The position numbers and the translations under genes were made by a program. From a virus: a DNA stretch of 64,000 bases. The DNA lies in IMG/VR virus record IMGVR_UViG_3300033156_000272, positions 1 to 64,000 of that record. One strand, written 5' to 3'. The first letter of the stretch is position 1; each line of letters opens with the position of its first letter. The notes beneath the pieces are model-generated. The model made no database searches. It was not told the origin of the DNA and worked only from the letters and a program-made list of their open reading frames with translations. Of this stretch, positions 7,349 through 16,792 are shown piece after piece.

Positions 7349-8569
7349 ATGGGAATATTTAATAGGAAGTCATTGAATGGAGCAGCCAAAGTTATGCTTG
7401 GCGATGGATTTGCCGTTGCACCACTGAGCATAGGATTAGCTTGCAGAGATACAAAACCAGTTGAGAAGTATACTGATTATTGGACCATATATCAGAAAAT
7501 ATCGATCGTGCAACAGTGTATCAACTATGTAGCCGGCTTTGCTATCAGGAAAGGGTATATTATAGTATCGGATAGCGAGAGTGCAAGAGACGAAATTTTA
7601 CAATTCAACTCTGACGTGAATATTGATGAATTCATACACACAAACATAATTAAGCGAGACGTATACGGAAGAGCTGCATGGCAAATTAAGAAAAGTAGGA
7701 CTTCCCCCTGGGAGCTTATAGAACTTCAGCACAGACTCATTAAGCCATTCGTGAATCAGGTTACCTTCGTTACAGAATATTACACATATCAATATGCAAA
7801 GGGCGGAAAGATACCCACTGACCAAGTGTTCTATTGGCCGAGGTACCCAAGACCCCAATATAAGGTTGGCATGAGTGCTATAGAGCCAGTTATAGGGGCC
7901 GTAAATACCAAAAGGAATCTTGAGCGCGATATCCTAGAAGCAAGTAAGAGAATGTGGGCTCCGATGGCAATATTCCAGGTGGACACAAGTGCATACCTCA
8001 CCGAAGAGGATAAGAAGAGTGCACTTACGAACTTTCAAAGTCAGTTACAACCAGGGAGGAGCATTGTAGTTAATCAGTCAATAGAGGGCAAGCCAATAGA
8101 CCTCCACGTTGATATGAATGGTCTCATTCGTGCGCTGGAAAAATCGGATGAAGAAATTTCTGGCAATTGGGGGATGCCCAAAGCACTACTATCTCGCGAA
8201 AAGACCCTTAATCGTGCAACTCTCGATACTTCTCTCAAGGCTCTATATGAGGGGCCTGTTGCTACTGTTCAGAAGCAAATAAAGAGAGAGATAGAAAAGC
8301 AACTATATATTCCTTACCTTAAACAACGGGGGTATAAAGATGTTAAAGTTGAACTCGTGTGGAATCCTGCTGCTACCGACGAGCCAGAATTCGTCAAGGC
8401 AATACTCAAAGGAATTGCAGATGGGGTCCTCACAAAAGAAGAAGGGTTCAATCTTCTTGGATGGATATACACACCACAAGAAGAAAGTGATCCAGAAGAA
8501 AACGATCCAGAAGAAAACGAACCAGAAGAAAACGAACCACCAAAAAATGAACCACCAAAAAGTGAGTAA
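7349..8569 (+). CDS. Portal protein
   Basis: Follows TerL; about 400 aa; VYGRA, GMSAIE, WGMPKALL...NRAT portal-like motifs; acidic repeat tail. Confidence 0.85.
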   Translation: MGIFNRKSLNGAAKVMLGDGFAVAPLSIGLACRDTKPVEKYTDYWTIYQKISIVQQCINYVAGFAIRKGYIIVSDSESARDEILQFNSDVNIDEFIHTNIIKRDVYGRAAWQIKKSRTSPWELIELQHRLIKPFVNQVTFVTEYYTYQYAKGGKIPTDQVFYWPRYPRPQYKVGMSAIEPVIGAVNTKRNLERDILEASKRMWAPMAIFQVDTSAYLTEEDKKSALTNFQSQLQPGRSIVVNQSIEGKPIDLHVDMNGLIRALEKSDEEISGNWGMPKALLSREKTLNRATLDTSLKALYEGPVATVQKQIKREIEKQLYIPYLKQRGYKDVKVELVWNPAATDEPEFVKAILKGIADGVLTKEEGFNLLGWIYTPQEESDPEENDPEENEPEENEPPKNEPPKSE

Positions 8570-8602
8570 CAATACAAGTAATACAATCAATAGGTGATAT
8601 GA

Positions 8603-9004
8603 ATGGGAGTGAATAATCAAGATGCTACTGCAACAGCAACTATGACGCTAGATGCTGGTGGCAACGGACTTGTTGCCGTATACACGGGGGCGAAGATAGT
8701 AAATCTTCGTTCTATTAAGGTGTCTTCATCGGACCTAGCGGCCGGAGATATTGTACAGATATACATTATGGAGAAGGAAGTTACCGCCCCGTTGGCAAAC
8801 CCAGAGGACTTTGCCGCTTATTTCAAGGACGAAGTATCCGACTACGCTGGATTCTTTTGCCTTGTGAAAAAGGAATTGGGCATAGACTTTGAGGATATGG
8901 ATGATAATCGCCACGTATATGTTTACATAGAAACTGGTGGCGGAATGCTGAATGACGAGGTTGACATAAAACTCTACCTCAATGCAAGCGGATCAGGGGG
9001 ATGA
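8603..9004 (+). CDS. Hypothetical virion protein
   Basis: GGTGA RBS; beta-rich; in structural operon. Confidence 0.5.
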   Translation: MGVNNQDATATATMTLDAGGNGLVAVYTGAKIVNLRSIKVSSSDLAAGDIVQIYIMEKEVTAPLANPEDFAAYFKDEVSDYAGFFCLVKKELGIDFEDMDDNRHVYVYIETGGGMLNDEVDIKLYLNASGSGG

Positions 9005-9040
9005 GACAAATGAATAAACTACGTATAGGAGGAATTTATC

Positions 9041-9385
9041 ATGACGCTTGAATCACCAAAGAATACAGAAAACGTAACCATTTCCGGGAGTATAACTGTA
9101 GGGGATGTAACAGAAACAGAGATAACTTCTACATCATTTAGAGTAAACATAAACGCTACCACAGCTCCCCTAAAAGCCACCACTGAACTCTGCAAGAAGG
9201 TAATGATCCAGTCTGACAAAAACAATGCTGAAGTAAAGATTGGAGACAGTACCGGCCAGTTCATAACGATGGATGCAAAAGATATTATCACCATCGATAG
9301 CAATATGGACGAAAAAATCGACCTTAATAAAATAGAAGTAACAACCACCGCAGATAATTATATGAATGTGACATACTGGGTGTGA
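9041..9385 (+). CDS. Hypothetical virion protein
   Basis: GGAGGA RBS; Thr/Ile-rich beta protein. Confidence 0.5.
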   Translation: MTLESPKNTENVTISGSITVGDVTETEITSTSFRVNINATTAPLKATTELCKKVMIQSDKNNAEVKIGDSTGQFITMDAKDIITIDSNMDEKIDLNKIEVTTTADNYMNVTYWV

Positions 9386-9390
9386 TATAG

Positions 9391-11370
9391 ATGGCTCTGC
9401 GATTCACCCGACACAGAATAGACTATAACGACTCAGTTACTACATTCAATATTTCTCAGGATAATGGGAGCGACACTACTGGCGATGGATCCTCGGGGAA
9501 TCCGTTCGCTACAATTCAGAAAGCAGTAGATATTATCGAGGCCGGATCTGGAGGAGGATATATCATCATTGACCAGTCTGTAATCCATCAAGATGTTAAA
9601 GTTGGTGAGAATAACCCAAATACAAAAATAAGCATCAATGCATATCATACTGCGATTACTGCTGATGCGCATATAGACAATCTAACCATGTTTGAAAACG
9701 TTTACATACAATTAAATAACATGACTGTTTATCAGCTAATTGAAGATCCCAGTGTAACTACAAGATGTATTATAGTAATGGAAGAAGGATTGATCAGTGA
9801 AAGTCTACCAACTACGCATACAAACTACTTTCTCTATGAGACCAAATTTAACTGGAACACCTTCATGGACCAACTAGACCAAGCCATCACAAATGGAAAT
9901 GAGGTTGTTGGTATTGCCGTGTCTAATATATCGGGTGGCCGGCAGGGAGAATCATACTTTTTCACCAACAATAATTTTCTTGACATGAGAGGAGTACAGA
10001 TTAAGAACGGGGCTGCACCGACAGATAATCTGGATTACACAACGATGAAGTATGTTGATGATGAGATTGCTGTTTTGGCCGGTGCACTGATTTTACAAAG
10101 CGGGTGGGATGCAAATACGAATACACCCGACTTGACACTTCCGGGTCCTAAAATCGTTGGTCATTATTATATTGTAACCACTGAAGGCGCTACCGATCTT
10201 GATGGTATCACTGATTGGAAGGTTGGTGATTGGGCCATTTATACAGTATCCGGTTGGATTAAAGCGGATCATACGGATCAGGTATCATCGGTTTTTGCCA
10301 GAAAAGGTGCGGTAGTAGCCGCAGCTAGTGATTATGATGCTAGTCAAGTAGATAACGATAGTGGTGTGGCTGGTGCATTTGTTTCCGATGCACTTGACAC
10401 GCTCGCAGCCATGAATATATATAATCCGAAGTTCTGGTGGGTTTCACCTGATAGCGGCAGTGCTATAGAGGATGGAACGGAGCAAAACCCCTACAAGACT
10501 ATCCAGGCTGCAATCGATATGGCAGCAACTAAAGGTGTTATCATGCTCGACCAGACCGTAGATAACTCAGAGAATATAACTGTAAACAAACCATTATTTA
10601 TATTCGGGCACTCTGCACCAATTGGCGAAATCTGGAATATTGGTACGCTGACCTTAAGCGGGTTCGGTGCCAATGCTTACTTGAATAATGTGGCCGTGAA
10701 AAAGTTCGCAGAGAGCAGTGCTACGGTATGTAATGTATATATGGAACAGGGGAGGATTTACGAGCAGCCTCTTGCTCCATTGCCCAATGTCAAACTTAAG
10801 TTGTACGGAACCACTGTAGAAACTAGCTTTGACGATACTGACTATAGTGCTGTGTATGGCTGGTCAATGACCACAAATGGGGAAATAACTTGGTACAATG
10901 GATTCTCTATGAACGATACAAGAATCACCGATGTTCTCGATCCGATAACCCCGCAAGGCGTAGCCACCAAGAACTACGTGGATATTGAGGTATCTTCCAC
11001 GCAAATCATTCAAGATAGCGATGCAACAGAGTTCACGACCATGTCTTCTACATTCACCCAGGCCAAACGATTTACCAAGACTACATTGGCCAAAACATAC
11101 CTTGTGAAAATGGGTTGCGAAATATATCAATCTGGCAAGAACAAGGGCGTAACTCTTCGGGCAGAAATTGATGATACCATCCATGTATTTCAGGATTGGA
11201 AGCACATCGGAGAAAACGAGTTCATAAATGAGACAGCAATGGCGTATGGAGAAATCGTTGTCACGTTGACTGCGGCAGCCCACAACTTTGATTTTGACTT
11301 GCGACGGGAGAAGGGTGGCACAGCAAAAGCCAAGAATTTCAGACTGATTATTACCGAGGTGATAGAATGA
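9391..11370 (+). CDS. Fibre/adhesin-like virion protein with DUF1565-like beta-helix caps
   Basis: GSDTTGDGSSGNPFATIQKAVD and DGTEQNPYKTIQAAID; fibre motifs WDANTNTP, VSSVFARKGAV, ATKNYVD. Confidence 0.65.
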   Translation: MALRFTRHRIDYNDSVTTFNISQDNGSDTTGDGSSGNPFATIQKAVDIIEAGSGGGYIIIDQSVIHQDVKVGENNPNTKISINAYHTAITADAHIDNLTMFENVYIQLNNMTVYQLIEDPSVTTRCIIVMEEGLISESLPTTHTNYFLYETKFNWNTFMDQLDQAITNGNEVVGIAVSNISGGRQGESYFFTNNNFLDMRGVQIKNGAAPTDNLDYTTMKYVDDEIAVLAGALILQSGWDANTNTPDLTLPGPKIVGHYYIVTTEGATDLDGITDWKVGDWAIYTVSGWIKADHTDQVSSVFARKGAVVAAASDYDASQVDNDSGVAGAFVSDALDTLAAMNIYNPKFWWVSPDSGSAIEDGTEQNPYKTIQAAIDMAATKGVIMLDQTVDNSENITVNKPLFIFGHSAPIGEIWNIGTLTLSGFGANAYLNNVAVKKFAESSATVCNVYMEQGRIYEQPLAPLPNVKLKLYGTTVETSFDDTDYSAVYGWSMTTNGEITWYNGFSMNDTRITDVLDPITPQGVATKNYVDIEVSSTQIIQDSDATEFTTMSSTFTQAKRFTKTTLAKTYLVKMGCEIYQSGKNKGVTLRAEIDDTIHVFQDWKHIGENEFINETAMAYGEIVVTLTAAAHNFDFDLRREKGGTAKAKNFRLIITEVIE

Positions 11371-12773
11371 GCTGGACAATACAATACACAATAGACCCCG
11401 TGGACACTGATAGTTTGTGGGATGAAATAGAAGCCGAAACGGCAATCACCAAGGCGCTTGAGGACATTCGTGTTTACGGGACCGGGGCAAACAATACTAC
11501 AGTTCAGTTCGACCTCGAATTATTGGGGGCTGAAATAACCGCTTTGGATGCTGTGGTTTTAGCGCATGCGGGTACTCCGCCGACAGTGTATGACCTATTG
11601 TGCTTAACGTGTTTTGAACACATTCATGACACCGGATTGATTGCTCCAAGAGATTGTCCGTTTTGTGGTTGTTTAGATTGTCTTGTAGAGTTTAGCGCAC
11701 TGGCTAAGAAGTCTAATATCGTTTATGTTGACGCTTACAGAACCGATGCGTATTTACCAGATGGAACTGAATTAAGACCGTACAAAACCTATTACGATGC
11801 AGTGGTAACCATAACCGATAACTCGCCCACTAATAGATACGTGATTAAGATACTCGGCAAAACAACAGAACCAGACCTTGACCTTCCAATCAAGAGTTGC
11901 GTGTTCATTGAAGGTTATGAAATGCAGGCATCGGTGATAAAGGTCCAGCCTCTTAGAAGTCTTATATGGGATGCCAGAGATGGTGAAGGACAGGACAATG
12001 GATACACTGCGGCCAAAGATGTGACGATCAGCAGGACAGACTACTCAACCACAGACCTAATAAAAATCCTTAGAACTACGATAACCCCCGCTGATAACTG
12101 GTGCATATTTGAGATAATAAATAGTAGTATTAGGGGGGACGTGGTATTCCACGGCAAGGGAATGAGCAGAGATTACTTCCAGGTGTACAATTCTGTATTT
12201 CTGGCAGGGACTCTCGACATCAAGAATTGTTACACGTTATATCATGGTGTGTCATCCTGGGGCAATTCAAAGTGTGTAGCAGACAATCCAACCTATGACT
12301 ACTATGGATATGGATGCTACTATTTCTCAGAATCAAGCCAGTTCTACGGAACAACGCACATCGAAACTATTGGAGCGGGAGACGGATTATATGCAATGCT
12401 TGTTGGCTCGTGTATTCAAGGTGCGACCACTATTGACAAAGTAGCAAACTCAAGTTTATATCTCGAATACGACAGCGTATCACGTCCCCAAGCTCTTACA
12501 GAGACAGGCAATCCAACGCACATTCCTCTGACAAAAGCAATTACCATAGATAATGATTCAAATGTTTCCGGGGGTACTGTCAAAGACGCACTCAACACTC
12601 TATTGGATGGGGTGGTTCAATCGGATGTAATATTAGCAGGAGAGACACCCGTTGATGACGATGTAAGTGGATGGGCAGATAAAGATAAAGGGCATGGCAT
12701 AGGAACGACATCAAGAGAGTTCTACATGGTCAAGCGTGGAACAACAGTAAAATGGATGGAGATGACTGTATGA
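11367..12773 (+). CDS. Fibre/adhesin-like virion protein with internal zinc ribbon
   Basis: DGTELRPYKTYYDAV cap; CLTC...CPFCG; shares DNDSxVxGxxVxDALxTL with the upstream gene. Confidence 0.6.
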   Translation: MSWTIQYTIDPVDTDSLWDEIEAETAITKALEDIRVYGTGANNTTVQFDLELLGAEITALDAVVLAHAGTPPTVYDLLCLTCFEHIHDTGLIAPRDCPFCGCLDCLVEFSALAKKSNIVYVDAYRTDAYLPDGTELRPYKTYYDAVVTITDNSPTNRYVIKILGKTTEPDLDLPIKSCVFIEGYEMQASVIKVQPLRSLIWDARDGEGQDNGYTAAKDVTISRTDYSTTDLIKILRTTITPADNWCIFEIINSSIRGDVVFHGKGMSRDYFQVYNSVFLAGTLDIKNCYTLYHGVSSWGNSKCVADNPTYDYYGYGCYYFSESSQFYGTTHIETIGAGDGLYAMLVGSCIQGATTIDKVANSSLYLEYDSVSRPQALTETGNPTHIPLTKAITIDNDSNVSGGTVKDALNTLLDGVVQSDVILAGETPVDDDVSGWADKDKGHGIGTTSREFYMVKRGTTVKWMEMTV

Positions 12774-12901
12774 TGAAAGAATGGGAATGCACGACTTATG
12801 GACACAAGACACTATCAGCGGACAAGATAGCTTGCCCGGAATGTGGAGGCGAAATGAACGAAATCGCTGTACGGATGGGTGGTATTCCTCGTGCACAATG
12901 A
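12770..12901 (+). CDS. Small zinc-ribbon-like protein (43 aa)
   Basis: Hand translation MMKEWECTTYGH...CPECGGEM; first knuckle has Tyr in place of Cys. Confidence 0.45.
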   Translation: MMKEWECTTYGHKTLSADKIACPECGGEMNEIAVRMGGIPRAQ

Positions 12902-12925
12902 TGTAAAATAAAGGAAGTGAAATAA

Positions 12926-14227
12926 ATGGGACACACAGACAAGCACGCCGCCAAACACGGCGTATCGGAAGAGGACGACTTACACGGCGTAATAGACCAT
13001 GGGAGCATCCAAGGATTGGGCGACGATGACCACTCGCAGTATCTGCTAGCAGATGGAACGAGAGCGTTATCCGGGGAGATAAGTGCAGGGTCGAACAAGA
13101 TTACCAGTCTTGGCGATGGAACTGCGGCTTCACAGGATGCCAGTACAGTCAAGCAGATGGAAGATTATGTGTCTGCAATAGTACAGGCAATGGTTAGCAA
13201 GGATAACGTCATAGCGGCCACGACTGGTGCGTTACCAGCCAATACCAGAACTGGTGATGTATTGACAGCTTCGGCCAATGGCGCATTTCCAACTATAGAC
13301 GGTATCGCTGCGGCTCTTAACCAAGAATATCTGGTCAAGGACGAGGGCGGTGTAGCGTCACACATCAATGATGGTATTTACACGCTTACAACTTTGGGAG
13401 ATGCAGGGACGCCATGGGCACTGACCAGGAGAGCGGACCTTGATGCCGGAGACAGCGCAGCAGGCGCGTTCCTTGCAGTCGAGCAGGGTACGGTTAATGG
13501 TGATGCAACATTCCGGTGTATCAACAACGCTGGTACTGATGTTGTGAACACCGACGTTCTTGAGTTTAAATATTGGGGCGCAACTATAGATCATGGAAAC
13601 CTGTTAGGTCTAGCAGACGATGATCACTCGCAGTATCACAATGACACAAGAGGCGATGCTAGATATTTCCAGCAATCGGAGCACATAAACTCTTCAGCAG
13701 GGGCCGGAGATGCCGGAAAGCCTGTCAAATTAGATGCTGATGGACAAATAGATGCTACCATGGTAAACGATGCTGATATAGACCATGGAACAATCGGTGG
13801 ACTAGCGGACGATGACCATACACAGTATCACAACGATGCTCGTGGAGATGATAGGTATTACACCGAGACTGAACTTGATGGTGGTCAACTGGACAACCGA
13901 TATTTCACCGAAACGGAGCATTTGAATGTATCCGCCGGTGCTGGTGATGCAGGAAAGCCAATCAAGCTGGATGCCGCCGGACACGTAGACTCTACGATGG
14001 TGAATGACGCCGATATAAGCCACGATAACATAGCTAATCAGAGGACATCGGGGGCTTTCAATCTCCACCTGAAAGCGGATGTTACACTTGCAGGAACAGC
14101 ACCAGTACAAACAGACTTCACAGGATGGGCTGTCGGAGAGACTGGTATGGGTATTGGCACAGACAGTACGGTTTGGCTAGTGAGAAAGACAGGCGCAACT
14201 GCAATTGTTTGCGTACAGCTAACATAA
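12926..14227 (+). CDS. Fibre/decoration protein with His/Asp-rich repeats
   Basis: HGxxxGLxDDDHxQY x3, SAGAGDAGKPxKLDA x2, LVKDE...NDGIY...LTRRAD fibre module. Confidence 0.65.
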   Translation: MGHTDKHAAKHGVSEEDDLHGVIDHGSIQGLGDDDHSQYLLADGTRALSGEISAGSNKITSLGDGTAASQDASTVKQMEDYVSAIVQAMVSKDNVIAATTGALPANTRTGDVLTASANGAFPTIDGIAAALNQEYLVKDEGGVASHINDGIYTLTTLGDAGTPWALTRRADLDAGDSAAGAFLAVEQGTVNGDATFRCINNAGTDVVNTDVLEFKYWGATIDHGNLLGLADDDHSQYHNDTRGDARYFQQSEHINSSAGAGDAGKPVKLDADGQIDATMVNDADIDHGTIGGLADDDHTQYHNDARGDDRYYTETELDGGQLDNRYFTETEHLNVSAGAGDAGKPIKLDAAGHVDSTMVNDADISHDNIANQRTSGAFNLHLKADVTLAGTAPVQTDFTGWAVGETGMGIGTDSTVWLVRKTGATAIVCVQLT

Positions 14228-14239
14228 TGAGGTAATAGA

Positions 14240-14434
14240 ATGAGCTTACACATGAAAAGATTGATAGGTAAAAGAGAAGAGCCCTCAATAAATAAAACCG
14301 TGAGCCTGAAGGGGATGAAACGGTCTGAGCTCGATGAAATTGCTCTCAAGCTCGGGCTTGACCCCCAAATTTTCTCCACGAAGGCTGAAATATCAGAGGC
14401 CATAGAAGGAATATGGAGACATCATAAAAAATAA
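14240..14434 (+). CDS. Small Rho-N/HeH-like protein
   Basis: LKGMKRSELDEIALKLGL...TKAEISEAI helix-extension-helix pattern. Confidence 0.55.
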   Translation: MSLHMKRLIGKREEPSINKTVSLKGMKRSELDEIALKLGLDPQIFSTKAEISEAIEGIWRHHKK

Positions 14435-14451
14435 TCAGGAGGAATTAAAGA

Positions 14452-14847
14452 ATGGCAATTCATACCCAAAATCACGTACATCCATGGGCACTCTTAGTAT
14501 ATAGGACGGCTGGTGTGATATTTCCCAACAACGCTGTTGGCTTTTGTCACATCGGTGGTGCGGGTGCCGTTACAGCCACCGAATCGTATGCTCAGCTGCG
14601 TATGCCGAAAGGAAGAGTGAAAGCCATACAGGGCTATTGTACAGGCGGGTCCGGAACTTTTATGGTTCATAAAAATGGAGTAGACACTGGTGTTACTGGA
14701 TTGGTCGATGCCGTAGGACAATTTTATCTGACCGGAACTGGACCAACGGACTTTGCAGATGGTGATCTACTTTCTGTCGAATATGATGCTGGAGTGAACT
14801 GGACAGTATATGGCGTCCAAGTAATATTTGAAACCGAGGTGACTTAA
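14452..14847 (+). CDS. Hypothetical virion protein
   Basis: GGAGGA RBS; beta-sandwich-like (KNG...DFADGDLLSV). Confidence 0.5.
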   Translation: MAIHTQNHVHPWALLVYRTAGVIFPNNAVGFCHIGGAGAVTATESYAQLRMPKGRVKAIQGYCTGGSGTFMVHKNGVDTGVTGLVDAVGQFYLTGTGPTDFADGDLLSVEYDAGVNWTVYGVQVIFETEVT

Positions 14848-14955
14848 ATGTGGATGTGTGTATGTAATATGTGCGGTCAGATGTGGATTGCTACGACAGA
14901 ACCCACGATATGCCCGACATGTGAAAGGACGAACTTTGAGGCTAGAGAAGAGTAG
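14848..14955 (+). CDS. Rubredoxin-like zinc-ribbon microprotein (35 aa)
   Basis: Hand translation MWMCVCNMCGQMWIATTEPTICPTCERTNFEAREE; GAGGTGA RBS. Confidence 0.55.
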   Translation: MWMCVCNMCGQMWIATTEPTICPTCERTNFEAREE

Positions 14956-14993
14956 GAGAATGGTATTAAATTTATTTAACCATTGGTGAAATT

Positions 14994-16427
14994 ATGCAAA
15001 TAATACTAGACAACTCCGCCGACTGGTACACAGTCAACTGGGAAGATCCCATTCTCAATAACTATCATATGTTCGCGAGAAAAGGCGATGAACACTGGGA
15101 AGGGCCCCAAACCTCCCTTAATAGAGTTCTCCAGCAGATAGGGATTCGCCGCATCTTCGAAGATGAATTTGACTTGAATGCAACTCCTGCAGAGACAGCA
15201 CTATGGGCCCATACTTCTTCAGGGGCTGGCCAGTGGAAAATTGTCTCAAACTTCCTAGATACTACTACCATAACACTCGCACCAACAGACTATTGCCAAG
15301 TTCTATCAAAAGCAGTCACCTGCGGGCAGGACTCCGATGTAGAAGTATATCTCACATTAATGCAGATTGATGCTACAGGCGGTCTCACACAGATAATAGA
15401 ACTAGTAAACTCCGGAGGCACTAAGTGGATACGGCTTACAATTACAAGAACTGGGTCTGCAATATACAACTTCACCCTGACAACTAGCGACGATGGAGGA
15501 AGCATTGCGTGGACACATAATAGTGTTGCTGACTTTAATTTCATACGCACAGCCGCACAGATCGAAATCAAGCACCGGGGAGTATCAAAAGGAACTCTTG
15601 TAGCCGCTAATGACGACATGTACTTAAAACTAAAATACATAAACAACGGCGCCAGTTCCCTGACCGCACGATCCAAATTCACATATGTAAGAATACCAAC
15701 TTCCGATGTTACTCCGCTGTATCCAGCACCGTCTCCAATAATGTACAAAGTATTTGACAAAGACTTATACCTCCCTGAAGGATATGTTCTGCGCACAATC
15801 TCTGCAAATAACTACTGGCCTGGCGCCGTCCCTGACAAATGGAAGATCAAGATATACCAAAACAGTAAGTTAATAGTTGATAACTCTTACGGCGGTATCG
15901 GTTTCTCAGGCGGGTATGATGCAGTATCCCCCGGAACATTCACCCTAGAAATATGGTATACAAACGCCACCTCTACTCATCGAAACTTCAACTGGATATC
16001 TCTTTCCCTCTTTATGGACGAAGAATACATCCCGGAAGTAGTAGAAGTCAGAAAACTTCAATCAGAGAACCAGTTCGGCTCAATTCGCGACCTTGAAGTG
16101 GACTCCAATGGAGATATCGCCCTCACAACAAACGACGTTAACTTCACAATCAATTGGCCTTCACAGTCTCTAACGTGGCTCCTCAAGACAGCGAAGACAG
16201 AGTATCCGTTTCATCCAGATCAAGGGGTGAATTGGCCTATTGTTATGAGCATACCAACTCAGCGCACAGTTACAGGTGCCCTCACAGAAATGCTCAGAGC
16301 AATCAGCTACATTTCATCATACACCATAAATACAATAACAGTGGGGGATACATCCATAAGTATTAAAATCACGGTTACACTCGCTGAAGGTTCTGTTGAT
16401 GAACTAATACTGGAGATACCCATATGA
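14994..16427 (+). CDS. Virion protein with C-terminal gp25/DUF2634-like baseplate domain
   Basis: C-terminal about 120 aa DLEVDSNGDI...LLKTAKTEYPFHPDQGVNW...ISIKITVT; lectin-like beta N-terminal part. Confidence 0.55.
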   Translation: MQIILDNSADWYTVNWEDPILNNYHMFARKGDEHWEGPQTSLNRVLQQIGIRRIFEDEFDLNATPAETALWAHTSSGAGQWKIVSNFLDTTTITLAPTDYCQVLSKAVTCGQDSDVEVYLTLMQIDATGGLTQIIELVNSGGTKWIRLTITRTGSAIYNFTLTTSDDGGSIAWTHNSVADFNFIRTAAQIEIKHRGVSKGTLVAANDDMYLKLKYINNGASSLTARSKFTYVRIPTSDVTPLYPAPSPIMYKVFDKDLYLPEGYVLRTISANNYWPGAVPDKWKIKIYQNSKLIVDNSYGGIGFSGGYDAVSPGTFTLEIWYTNATSTHRNFNWISLSLFMDEEYIPEVVEVRKLQSENQFGSIRDLEVDSNGDIALTTNDVNFTINWPSQSLTWLLKTAKTEYPFHPDQGVNWPIVMSIPTQRTVTGALTEMLRAISYISSYTINTITVGDTSISIKITVTLAEGSVDELILEIPI

Positions 16428-16792
16428 GCGATCTATTAACTATGTTGAGCGCGAGTGCTGGAGGTGGCGGAACGGCAGGATGCATACTAATAATATACTT
16501 AAAATCCCTACAACGCCGTCTAGAAACAGCAGAATTAGATATTAAGTCGTGTAAGGATACCCTGAATAACAAGGTTAACTCTACACATACTAGAATCACC
16601 AAGGTTGAAAAAGAAATAGATACACGAATTGACATTCTCAAAGACCACATCGATGATGAATTCGTCAAACAGACCAAAATCACAAATAAAATAAACGCCA
16701 GACTTGGTCGTATGATTGGCTTCCTCATATATAAAGACAAGGATGCAGAAAAGGCGGCCCTAATACTAAAGAACGGCTATCTGGAGGAGTGA
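16424..16792 (+). CDS. Membrane-anchored coiled-coil protein (holin-like candidate)
   Basis: N-terminal hydrophobic segment followed by heptad region. Confidence 0.4.
   Translation: MSDLLTMLSASAGGGGTAGCILIIYLKSLQRRLETAELDIKSCKDTLNNKVNSTHTRITKVEKEIDTRIDILKDHIDDEFVKQTKITNKINARLGRMIGFLIYKDKDAEKAALILKNGYLEE

Noticed and set aside
9391-14227. Diversity-generating retroelement acting on fibre genes
   Set aside because: No reverse transcriptase and no near-identical repeat pair differing only at adenines.
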